Assembly: GCA_965203325.1 (NCBI GenBank)
Contig: OZ241875.1
Span: forward strand, 3,232,001-3,296,000
Direction: 5' to 3'
DNA: 64,000 bases
DNA from: a bacterium
GTDB taxonomy: Bacteria > UBA8248
Shown here: one piece after another, positions 29,335 to 38,220 of the stretch
Layout of the letters: each line of letters starts with the position of its first letter
Position numbering within the stretch: the first letter of the stretch is position 1
Notes under the pieces: model-generated
Databases searched by the model: none
What the model was told of the DNA's origin: nothing
What the model saw: only the letters and a program-made list of their open reading frames with translations
Translations under genes and position numbers: made by a program

Positions 29335-30132
29335 ATGCCGACGATCCGCCAGTTGGCTGATAATGAAGTGCCTGAGGCGGCGCGCGGTCTCGTCGAACGC
29401 GTCAAGACGCGCGAGAAGCGCGTATTCGGGGTCGACTCGCTCTCGAACATCTGGCGCTCGATGACCCGTCACCCCGAATACATGAAGGCGAGTTGGGAGC
29501 GCTCGCGCGCCACGATGCAGCGCGGGGACGTGCCGCCTCTGGTCAAGGAGATGGTCGCCTCGGCGGTTTCCATCGTCAACGCGTGTGACTACTGAATCGA
29601 CTCCCACATCGCCGCGGTCATGCGGCTGGGAGTCGATGAGGTGGGCATCACGGAATTGATCGGGCTGACGGATCATGTCTCGGGGATGAACAAGGTCGCA
29701 TTCGGGCTTTTGCTGGAGGATGAGGATACGCCGCCTCTTCTGCCTGATGCGGAAGAAGGGGAGACCGACCCGGTCGTCCGGGAACTGATGGGCGAGGTGA
29801 CGGAGGTGGAATCGGCGCGCCTGGGTAGAGACGGCGTTCCGCGCTATTGGCGCTGCCTGGCGCGGAACCGTCATTATTTCGAATCGACGTGGAACAAGCA
29901 CAAGCTCATGCTCGATGGAGGCGTTCTCGAAAAAGGGGCCAAGGCGGCCGTGGGTTATGGCGTCAGCGCCACGAACGGCTCGGGGTATTTCATACGGTAT
30001 TTTCATGCTTATCTGGTGAATCTGGGCTGGGATCCGGGGCGAATCCTCGAGATTCTCGGCGTGGTGGACCACTACAACAGCTTCAACGCCCTGGCGACGG
30101 GGATGCAGATTGAGTCCGACATCAGGCCGTGA
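29335..30132 (+). CDS. AhpD/CMD-family tandem-domain selenoprotein, 265 aa, CxxU motif, in-frame UGA at 29593-29595
   Basis: ORFs 29335-29595 and 29620-30132 are in one frame. Read-through gives KEMVASAVSIVNA-C-DY-U-IDSH, the AhpD NxCxYCxxxH motif with U for the second Cys. A strong hairpin follows immediately. Confidence 0.88.
29596..29637 (+). promoter_or_regulatory. Bacterial SECIS element
   Basis: ATCGACTCCCA-catc-GCCGC-ggtcat-GCGGC-TGGGAGTCGAT: perfect 11-bp lower stem, 5-bp upper stem, loop beginning GGU about 20 nt after the UGA. Confidence 0.8.
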
Positions 30133-30201
30133 TTCGTGGAAGATTGAGGTGAGCGCCGAATGACCAAGTTGCTCGGCCGAATGGCGTTTTAAGGACTGGA
30201 C

Positions 30202-31056
30202 ATGGAATTTTTACGCGCTGCATCGGTGGATGAGGCATTGGCGGCTGCGCGGGATGGCGCGGCTTTCGTGGCGGGCGGCACGAACCTCGTGCCGGACGTG
30301 CTCTTCGGGCGCAAGAAGATAGCGCGCGCGGTGGACATCAGCCGCCTGGATGAGCTTCGCTTCATCGAGGAGGCGGACGGGAAGATCAGAATCGGCGCGC
30401 TGGCGACGGTCACGGATTTGCTCGATTCGGTGTTGATACGCGATGCCGCCTCGCCTTTGTACGAGAGCGCCCTGGAGTTCGCGGGCCCCCTGGTGAGGAA
30501 CCGCGCGAGCGTGGCGGGAAACCTCATGGACGCCTCGCCCGCCGCCGATCTGGCCCCGCCCCTGCTGGCGCAGGACGCCGTCGTCGAACTGGCCTCGGCG
30601 GCGGGGGAACGCGTTCTTCCGCTTTCGGAATTTTTTCTCGACTACCGGAAAACGGCCGCGCAACCGGAAGAACTCATGACGGCCGTCGTCATCGATCCGC
30701 TGGGGACGGCGGATCGTTGCGCGTACCACAAGCTCCAGCTCAGGCGCGCGATGGCCATCGCCGTCGTGGGCGTGGCGGTCGTTCTGCGGATGGAAGACAG
30801 CGTTTGCGCGGGGGCCGCCATCAGCCTCGGGTCAGTGGCCGCGGTGCCGTATCGCGCGCACGCCGCCGAGGCGCACCTTCGCGGCAAGGAAATCGGGGAG
30901 GCGGAGATCGAGGCGGCGGCAGCCGCCGCGGCGGACGGCGCCCGGCCCATTGACGACGTGCGGGCGAGCGCGGCGTACCGCAGGAAAATGTGCGGCGTGC
31001 TGGTCCGGCGCCTGCTGAAAAAAGCGCTGGAAATGCCGCAAAGCGCCGCCGTATGA
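30202..31056 (+). CDS. Xanthine dehydrogenase-family FAD-binding subunit (CoxM-like)
   Basis: AGGTNL, IGAL.T, RNRASVAGN..DASPAAD..P, PIDDVRASA.YR. Confidence 0.92.
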   Translation: MEFLRAASVDEALAAARDGAAFVAGGTNLVPDVLFGRKKIARAVDISRLDELRFIEEADGKIRIGALATVTDLLDSVLIRDAASPLYESALEFAGPLVRNRASVAGNLMDASPAADLAPPLLAQDAVVELASAAGERVLPLSEFFLDYRKTAAQPEELMTAVVIDPLGTADRCAYHKLQLRRAMAIAVVGVAVVLRMEDSVCAGAAISLGSVAAVPYRAHAAEAHLRGKEIGEAEIEAAAAAAADGARPIDDVRASAAYRRKMCGVLVRRLLKKALEMPQSAAV

Positions 31057-31088
31057 TGAAAATTCGGCATTTTGATTGAGAGAAGACG

Positions 31089-31571
31089 ATGGGTACATAC
31101 GAAATTAAACTGCGCGTGAATGGGAAGGACGAAACCCTCGCCGTGCGGGGGGAGGAGACGCTCCTGCGCGCGCTGAGACGGGTTGGCTACGTCGAGGTGA
31201 AGCTCAGCTGCGAGGGCGGCGATTGCGGCGCGTGCGCCGTCTTGCTCGACGGCGTGGCGGTGAACGCCTGCCTCGTGTTCGCCGCGCAGGCGGACGGCGC
31301 CGAAATCACCACCGTTCGGGGGGTCGGAACCGAAGGCGACCTCCACCCGGTTCAGGAGCAGCTCATCGAAAAAGGCGGCGTGCAGTGCGGGTTCTGCACG
31401 CCGGGAATCGTCGTATCGGCGAAGGCGCTCCTCGATGAGAACACAGCGCCCACGCGCGAGGATATCCAGCGCGGCCTCGCGGGGAATCTTTGCCGGTGCA
31501 CGGGCTACAAGAAGATTTTCGAGGCGGTCTCGGCCGCCGCCGCTCAGATGAAAGAGGGAGGCAGCTCATGA
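31089..31571 (+). CDS. Xanthine dehydrogenase-family 2Fe-2S subunit (CoxS-like)
   Basis: CEGGDCGAC...AC, QCGFCTPG, GNLCRCTGY. Confidence 0.95.
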   Translation: MGTYEIKLRVNGKDETLAVRGEETLLRALRRVGYVEVKLSCEGGDCGACAVLLDGVAVNACLVFAAQADGAEITTVRGVGTEGDLHPVQEQLIEKGGVQCGFCTPGIVVSAKALLDENTAPTREDIQRGLAGNLCRCTGYKKIFEAVSAAAAQMKEGGSS

Positions 31572-33838
31572 GCGAGCGCGTCGTCGGCCGGCCCCACCCC
31601 ATCATCGACGCGGCCGAGAAAGTCTCGGGCGCCACGGTTTTCATCGACGATCTGGCGCTTCCGGGCGCGCTCACGGGGGTGGCGCTGCGCAGCCCCCATC
31701 CCCATGCGAGGATATTGCACGTCGACACGTCGGCCGCGGAGCGCCTGCCGGGCGTCGCCGTCGTGCTGTCCAAAAACAACACGCCCGACGCCCCGTTCGG
31801 CATCAACCACAAGGACGAGAGCGCGTTCTGCCGCGAGAAGGCCCGCTACGTGGGGGACGAAATCGCCGCCGTGGCCGCCGCGGACGAGGAGACCGCCCGC
31901 GAGGCGCTCGCGCTCATCCGCGTGGAATACGAGGTATTGCCCACGGTGGCGGACCCGTTCGCCGCGCTGGCGCCCGGAGCGCCTCTCGTCCACGATTCCG
32001 TCGCCGGCAACGTCGCGAACGAGTTCCACATCAGGCGCGGCGCGATAGACGAGGCGTTCGACGAGGCGGATGCGGCCTTCGCGGACGAGTTCCACACCCA
32101 TCTCGCCCACCAGGCCTATATCGAGCCCACCGGTTGCGCGGCGCAGTGGCATCCGGGCGGAAAAATCTCCGTCTGGGGCTGCCTGCAGTCGGTGTTCCTG
32201 ATCCGCACCTTCATGCTGGCGCCGGTGATGGGCATGTCCGCCGATGATTTCCGCGTCACGCAGACCAAGCCGGGCGGCGCCTTCGGCGGCAAGCTCGACG
32301 TGAAGGCGGCCCTCATGGCGGCGATGCTGAGCCGGGCGGCGGAAAAGCCCGTCAAATTCATGATGAGCCTCGAAGAAGACCTGATCGCCATGCGCCCGAG
32401 GATGCCGGTGCACATCTCCCTGGAATCCGCCTGGAAGCGCGACGGTGCGCTCGCGGGCAAGCGCGTCCGGATCGTGGCGGAAAACGGCGCCTACAGCTCG
32501 CTCTCGCCCGCCATCATGAGCTCCATCGCGCTCCGGACGGACAACCTCTACAAGACGCCCGCCGCCGAGATTCAGGGCAGGCTCGTCTACACGAACATCA
32601 TCCCCTCGGGCCAGATGCGCGGGTTCGGCAACGTGCAGGCGACCTACGCCTGGGAGAGCCACCTCGACAACGTGGCAGGCGGCCTGGGCCTGGACCCGGC
32701 CGAGCTTCGCCTCAAAAACTACACCGAAAAGGGCGACGTCTCGCTCCACGGCTGGAAGATAGCCAGTTGCGCCGTGGCCGACGCCACCCGCTACGTGGTG
32801 GAGAAGATGGACTGGAAGGCCAAGCGCGCCCGGGGCGGCAAGGGCCGCGGAATAGGTCTCGCGAGCTGCATCCACGTTTCGGGAAACAAGGGGTTTTCCG
32901 TGGAGCTCGGCCCCGACGGCACCGACCCCTCGAGCGGCGTGGTCCGCGTGGATGAGGCGGGCGAGGTCGAGATATGGTCGGGCGAGTCGGACCTGGGCCA
33001 GGGGGCCACGAGCGTCATGGCCTACATCGCCGCAGAAGTCATGGGGATTCCGGTCGATCGGTTCAGGGTCCCGCCCACCGATACGGGCTACATGCCCTTC
33101 GGCATGGGGGCGTTCGCGAGCCGCATCACCCTGATCGGCGGAAACGCCGTCAAGCTCGCCGCCGAGGACGCGCGCAGGAACCTCCTGGACGCGGCGGCGG
33201 AGGCCATGGAAATCCCGGCGGATGAACTCGAAATCGTCGAGGGAGAAGTCCGCGCGAAGGCCCTGCCGGAGCGGAAGATGGCGGTGGGCGAGGTCGTGGG
33301 GCGCGCGGGCGGCGTGGTCGAGGGCGCGGGCAAGTGGCTGGCCGGGGGCGACGTGCTCGATAAGGAAAAATACGGGAATCCCTCGACCACGTATTCCTTC
33401 AGCACCCACGGCGCAGAAGTTGAGGTGGACATGGAGACGGGCGTCGTCACCGTCCTGGGGGTCTGCTGCGGCCACGACCCGGGCCGGGTCATCAACCGGC
33501 TGGGCGCGGAAGGCCAGGTCGAGGGCGGCGTCGTCCAGGGCATGAGCTACGCGATGATGGAGGGGTTAGCACCTCTGGAGGGCCGCCTGCGCGGCAGGAA
33601 CTTCCACGACTACCTCATCGCCACCTCGATGGACGCCCCGCCGATCGAGCACGATTTCTTCGAGTCCATGGACCCCTACGGCCCCTACGGCGCGAAGGGG
33701 CTGGCCGAGGTGGCGATCAACCCGATCACGGCGGCGATCTGCAACGCCGTCTACCACGCGACGGGCGGCGCGCGCATCCGCACCCTGCCCGTCACCCCCG
33801 AGCGCGTGCTCGAGGCCATCGAAGAAGCAAGGATTTGA
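31568..33838 (+). CDS. Xanthine dehydrogenase-family molybdopterin-binding subunit
   Basis: ATG 31568 (ATGA overlap); LRSPHPHARI, H.Y.EP, GGAFGGK, MRGFG, GQG, FASR, EGQVEGG..QG, GAKGLAE. Confidence 0.93.
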   Translation: MSERVVGRPHPIIDAAEKVSGATVFIDDLALPGALTGVALRSPHPHARILHVDTSAAERLPGVAVVLSKNNTPDAPFGINHKDESAFCREKARYVGDEIAAVAAADEETAREALALIRVEYEVLPTVADPFAALAPGAPLVHDSVAGNVANEFHIRRGAIDEAFDEADAAFADEFHTHLAHQAYIEPTGCAAQWHPGGKISVWGCLQSVFLIRTFMLAPVMGMSADDFRVTQTKPGGAFGGKLDVKAALMAAMLSRAAEKPVKFMMSLEEDLIAMRPRMPVHISLESAWKRDGALAGKRVRIVAENGAYSSLSPAIMSSIALRTDNLYKTPAAEIQGRLVYTNIIPSGQMRGFGNVQATYAWESHLDNVAGGLGLDPAELRLKNYTEKGDVSLHGWKIASCAVADATRYVVEKMDWKAKRARGGKGRGIGLASCIHVSGNKGFSVELGPDGTDPSSGVVRVDEAGEVEIWSGESDLGQGATSVMAYIAAEVMGIPVDRFRVPPTDTGYMPFGMGAFASRITLIGGNAVKLAAEDARRNLLDAAAEAMEIPADELEIVEGEVRAKALPERKMAVGEVVGRAGGVVEGAGKWLAGGDVLDKEKYGNPSTTYSFSTHGAEVEVDMETGVVTVLGVCCGHDPGRVINRLGAEGQVEGGVVQGMSYAMMEGLAPLEGRLRGRNFHDYLIATSMDAPPIEHDFFESMDPYGPYGAKGLAEVAINPITAAICNAVYHATGGARIRTLPVTPERVLEAIEEARI

Positions 33839-33887
33839 ATGGCCGCGGGGATGATCGGTAATTCCCCCTGAAATCCCGGACGGACCC

Positions 33888-35516
33888 ATGGAAAACCTCT
33901 CCTGCGACGTTTTGATCTTGGGCGGCGGGCCCGCCGCGATGACGGCCGCTATCGCCGCCATGGAGAGCGGCGCGGACGCGCTCCTGGTCTGCAAGCAGTC
34001 GCCGGGCAGTTCGGGCAACATCGTCATGGCCCGGGCGGGGCATTCGGCCAATTTCGCGCCAGACGACAGCGCGGCCCTGTTCCTGGAAGACACCCTCGAA
34101 GGCGGCGATTATCTCAACCACCCAGGCGTCGCCGACGCCATGTGCGCCGATTCCGCCGCGCGGATACGCGATCTCTACGACTGGGGGGTCCCCTTCATCA
34201 CGCGCGCGGACGGCGCTTTCGATTTGCACCCCCAGGGCGGCCACAGGCGCGACCGCGGCCTCTACCCGGCCAGGAACTGGGGCGTGGAGGTGGCGCGGCC
34301 GCTGCGACAGAAACTCGACGCCGACGGCGCCCGCATCCTGGAACACGTCATGGCGGTCGACCTGCTCGTGGCGGACGGCGTCTGCCGGGGCGTGGTCGGC
34401 TTTCACACCAGAACAGGCCGGATTTACGCCGTCCACGCCCCAGCCACCATACTGGCCACCGGCGGGGCGGGGCAGATATACGCGGAGAACACGAACGCGG
34501 GCGGCATCACGGGCGACGCCTTCGGCATGGCGCTGAGAGCCGGCCTCGCCCTCTCGGACATGGAGTTCGTCCAGTTCTACCCGGCCGTCATCAAGCGGCC
34601 CGAGAGCAACATGGTCGTCGCGCCCACGCTGTTCCCGCTCGGCGCGCGCTTTTTGAACAGGGACGGCGCCGACATCCTGCGCGACGTGCCCGGCGGCGGC
34701 GGCGCCACGCGCGACCTGATGGCGCGGGCGGTCTACCTCGAACTCATGGGCGGCGGCGGGGTGGAGGGCGCCGTGCAGATGGATTTATCCGGCATCCCGA
34801 TGGCCGATCTCGAACACTTCGCCCCCGATAATCTCAAGCTCTTCGCGAGGCGCGGCGTCTCGCCCCACGGTAGCGACATCTACGTGAGCCCCAAGGCCCA
34901 CTTCTTCATGGGCGGCGTGCCGATAGACGGGCAGGGCGCGACGGCGGTGGCCGGCCTCTACGCGGCGGGGGAGGCGAGCGCGGGCGCGCACGGGGCGAAC
35001 CGCCTCTCGAACAACGCCTTCACCGAGGCCCACACGCTGGGCTGGCGCGCGGCGAAGGCGGCAGCCCAATACGCGCGCGGCGCGGCGGGGGCGGCGGAGC
35101 CTGCGCTCGCGCGGCGCCACGCCGATGCGCTTACGAAGCGGGCGGGGCGGACGGGCCGCGCGGTGGAGCTCGTCCGCGCGATCAAGCGCGTCTGCTGGGA
35201 GAACGCCGGCATCGTGCGCGAGGGCGGCCCGCTGGAGGAGGCGAGGGCGGAGCTCGCAGGCGTCGGGCGCGGCCTGGCCTCCTGCGGGGGGAGCGAACCC
35301 GCCCGTCTCGTCGAGGCGGTCGAAGCGGAGAACATGTGCCTGAGCGCAGGGGCGGTGGTCGAGGCCGCCCTCACCCGGACCGAGAGCCGGGGCGCGCACT
35401 ACCGGACGGATTACCCCGAGCCCGACGACGCGCGCTGGCGGGTGAATGTTTTCGTCAAAAAAACCGATGACGGCTTTTTCGTTTTTTCCCGTCCCGTGGG
35501 CGCGATTTCGGCATAA
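33888..35516 (+). CDS. SdhA/FrdA/NadB-family flavoprotein (stand-alone)
   Basis: DVLILGGGPA, ILATGGAG, TGD...ALRAG, DMEFVQF.P, HFFMGG, GLYAAGE...HGANRL, RTESRGAHYR.DYP. No Fe-S or anchor subunit is adjacent. Confidence 0.9.
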   Translation: MENLSCDVLILGGGPAAMTAAIAAMESGADALLVCKQSPGSSGNIVMARAGHSANFAPDDSAALFLEDTLEGGDYLNHPGVADAMCADSAARIRDLYDWGVPFITRADGAFDLHPQGGHRRDRGLYPARNWGVEVARPLRQKLDADGARILEHVMAVDLLVADGVCRGVVGFHTRTGRIYAVHAPATILATGGAGQIYAENTNAGGITGDAFGMALRAGLALSDMEFVQFYPAVIKRPESNMVVAPTLFPLGARFLNRDGADILRDVPGGGGATRDLMARAVYLELMGGGGVEGAVQMDLSGIPMADLEHFAPDNLKLFARRGVSPHGSDIYVSPKAHFFMGGVPIDGQGATAVAGLYAAGEASAGAHGANRLSNNAFTEAHTLGWRAAKAAAQYARGAAGAAEPALARRHADALTKRAGRTGRAVELVRAIKRVCWENAGIVREGGPLEEARAELAGVGRGLASCGGSEPARLVEAVEAENMCLSAGAVVEAALTRTESRGAHYRTDYPEPDDARWRVNVFVKKTDDGFFVFSRPVGAISA

Positions 35517-35779
35517 CCCGTTATATATCAACCGCGTAAGCTTTCATTTTTTTACCGGAATTTATCCGATTTTACGGGAATTTACATCTATTCGCGCGGT
35601 TTTCGGAAAAAGGCGGTCCATGGTATCGCACGAACATCCTGCCACGCGCCCGCGCGCTCGCGACGACGGCAGTTGCGGGCAAATGCGCGCGCGTTTTCCG
35701 CCCGGATCCGGACGGCGCGGCGAGGGGGGGAGACCGAACGCGATTGGGGGATGAGCGTTTGGCGCGATTGATGAGAAGG

Positions 35780-36690
35780 AGCAACCCCCCCTACCCCCCC
35801 TTGTCAGGGGGGCAAGAAAGATCAACTCCCCCCTTGAGGGTCTGGCCGCCCGATGAAAGAGCAATCAACTCGGTAAACCCGACCGACGAGAAAAGAATCA
35901 ACTCCCCCCTTGAGGGTTTTTGCCAATCAACAAGAGAGGGGATCAACTCCCCCCTTGAGGGGGAGTCGAAGAGCTAAGGGCGTAAGCCCGAAAGCGATTC
36001 GGTGGGGGGACATGCCACAGAAAAACTCCCCCCACCGGTTCAGCCTTCGCACAAATCGCTCGGCTTCACCGACTCCCCCTCAAGGGGGGAGTTGATCCTG
36101 TTCTTCTCGGTTGCCAATGCCCCTCAAGGGGGGAGTTGATCCTTGTTTCGCGGGGTTTTTTCATACCCCCCTGTCAAGGGGGGGTAGGGGGGGTTGGTTT
36201 TTATGCAGGGTGCGAGCGGGGAGAAGGGTTTGACGACCAAGCAGAGAAGGGATTCACTCCCCCCTTGAGGGAGTTGTCACCTCCTGCCGAAGTGAAAGAA
36301 TCAACTTCCCCCTTGAGGATTCTTGCCGTCCGACGAGAGAAGGGGTCAACTCCCCCCTTGAGGGGGAGTCGGTGAGGTGAGGGGGGTTTTGCCCGAAACC
36401 GAACCGGTGGGGGGAGCTTTTAATTTAGAATCGTCCCCCCACCACATCGGCCTTCGCACAAACCGCTCGGCCTCTGTGACTCCCCCTCAAGGGGGGAGTT
36501 GATCCTTTTCTTCTCGGTTGCCAATGCCCCTCAAGGGGGGAGTTGACCCTTTTTTGCTCGGTTGAAAAATGACCCTCAAAAGAGGAGTTGATCCTTTTTT
36601 GCTCGGTTGAAAAATAACCCTCAAAAGAGGAGTTGATCCTCCCTTTTTCGTCGGTTGCCAATAACCCTCAAGAGGGAGTAAAAATCTTGC
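35780..36690. repeat. Repeat mosaic left of the DUF559 gene
   Basis: Doublets at about 35941-36095 and 36345-36503; reverse half-units CCTCAARRGRGGAGTTGA starting near 36485, 36529, 36574, 36619 and 36666; CCCCCCTACCCCCCTTGTCAGGGGGG-type elements near 35786 and 36166. Confidence 0.9.
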
Positions 36691-36722
36691 CCAGGGATAA
36701 GGGATAAACCGAGGAAGAAACG

Positions 36723-37106
36723 ATGAAACCTCGCCGTTCCAGCCGGACCACCCGCCGATACGCAGGAAAAACCCTGCAAAACGCCCAAAGCCTCCGCGGC
36801 TCGCGCACCGACGCGGAGGGCATCCTCTGGTATCACCTGCGCGCGAGAGGGCTCGACGGCCGCAAATTCCGCCGCCAGCAGCCCATCGGCCCCTACATCG
36901 CGGATTTCGCCTGCATGTCGGAGAAACTGCTCGTCGAACTCGACGGCGGCGGCCACGCCGAGCGCGAAGCCGAAGACCGCGAACGCGACGAGTATTTGCA
37001 CCGCAGCGGCTATCGCGTACTGCGCTTCTGGAACACGGAAGTCTTCGAGAATCTCCACGGCGTTCTGGAGAAGATCTCCGAAGCGATGGAGGAGAAACCC
37101 GGGTGA
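36723..37106 (+). CDS. DUF559 (YcjD/Vsr-like PD-(D/E)xK) endonuclease-domain protein
   Basis: 127 aa; SLR...TDAE.ILW..LR, GRKFRRQQPIGPYIADFAC, VELDGGGH, D.ERD..L...GYRVLRFWN; RBS GAGGA upstream. Confidence 0.92.
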   Translation: MKPRRSSRTTRRYAGKTLQNAQSLRGSRTDAEGILWYHLRARGLDGRKFRRQQPIGPYIADFACMSEKLLVELDGGGHAEREAEDRERDEYLHRSGYRVLRFWNTEVFENLHGVLEKISEAMEEKPG

Positions 37107-37117
37107 GTGAGGTGGGA

Positions 37118-38220
37118 TTCACTCTCCTCTTGAGGATCATCCCTTCACGCGCGAAATATACAATCAACTCCACCCTTGAGGTTCAAGCCCGACCAAGCAG
37201 AAAGGGGATTCACTCCCCCCTTGAGGATTCTTGCCAATCAACAAGAGAGGGGATCAACTCCCCCCTTGAGGGTTCTTGCCGCCCGACGAGAGAAGGGATC
37301 AACTCCCCCCTTGAGGGGGAGTCACAGAGGCCGAGCGGTTTATGCGAAGGCCGATGTGGTGGGGGGAGTTTTTCTGTGGCATGTCCCCCCACCGGCGCGA
37401 CTTCGGGCTTCGCCCTCGTCTTGCCGTCTGGCTTTCCCCTCGGGAAGCCAGACCCTCAAGGGGGGAGTTGATCCGTTTTTTCGTCGGTTGCCAATGGCCC
37501 TCGAAAGGAGAGTTGATTGTTCTTCTCCCTGGTCGGTAATTCCTCCTTCATCGGGGCTGTTGAAAACCCCCCTTGAGGTTCAAGCCCGACCGATGAGAGA
37601 AGGGGTCACCTCCTGCCGAAGTGAAAGAATCAACTCCCCCTTGAGGGTTCTTGCCGCCCGACGAGAGAGCAATTCACTCCCCCCTTGAGAGCCATCCCTT
37701 CACGCGCGAGATATACAATCAACTCCCCTCTTGAGAGCCAAGCCAGACCAAGCAGAGAAGGGATCAACTCCCCCTTGAGGGTTCTTGCCGCCCGACGAGA
37801 GAGCAATTCACTCCCCTCTTGAGGGCCATCCCTTCACGCGCGAGATATACAATCAACTCCACCCTTGAGAGCCAAGCCCGACCAAGCAGAGAAGGGATCA
37901 ACTCCCCCCTTGAGGGTCGGGCCGCCCGATGAGAGAAGGGATCAACTCGGTAAACCCGACCGACGAGAAAAGGATCAACTCCCCCCTTGAGGGGGAGTCG
38001 GCAAGACGAGGGCGAAGCCCGAAGTCGCGCCGGTGGGGGGAGTTTTTCTGTGGCATGTCCCCCCACCACATCGGCCTTCGCATAAACCGCTCGGCCTCTG
38101 TGACTCCCCCTCAAGGGGGGAGTTGATCCTTTTCTCGTCGGTCGGGTTTGACTATAAAGGGGGAAAGTTGACCCGTTTTTTCGTCGGTTGCCAATGACCC
38201 TCAAGGGGGGAGTTGATCCT
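37118..38220. repeat. Repeat mosaic right of the DUF559 gene
   Basis: 18-bp unit T(C/T)(A/C)ACTCCCCCCTTGAGG starting near 37118, 37164, 37209, 37254, 37299, 37630, 37673, 37719, 37764, 37807, 37853, 37898 and 37975; doublets at about 37297-37472 and 37973-38127. Confidence 0.9.

Noticed and set aside
31544..33475. Long antisense ORFs (this 643-aa one; also 13019-14560, 20419-21879, 60197-61750, 43581-44732)
   Set aside because: Shadow frames of high-GC genes that have clear family motifs on the opposite strand.
37118..37992. CRISPR array
   Set aside because: The repeat is only about 18 bp and degenerate, the spacers are reused and similar to each other, orientation flips, and no cas genes are in the window.
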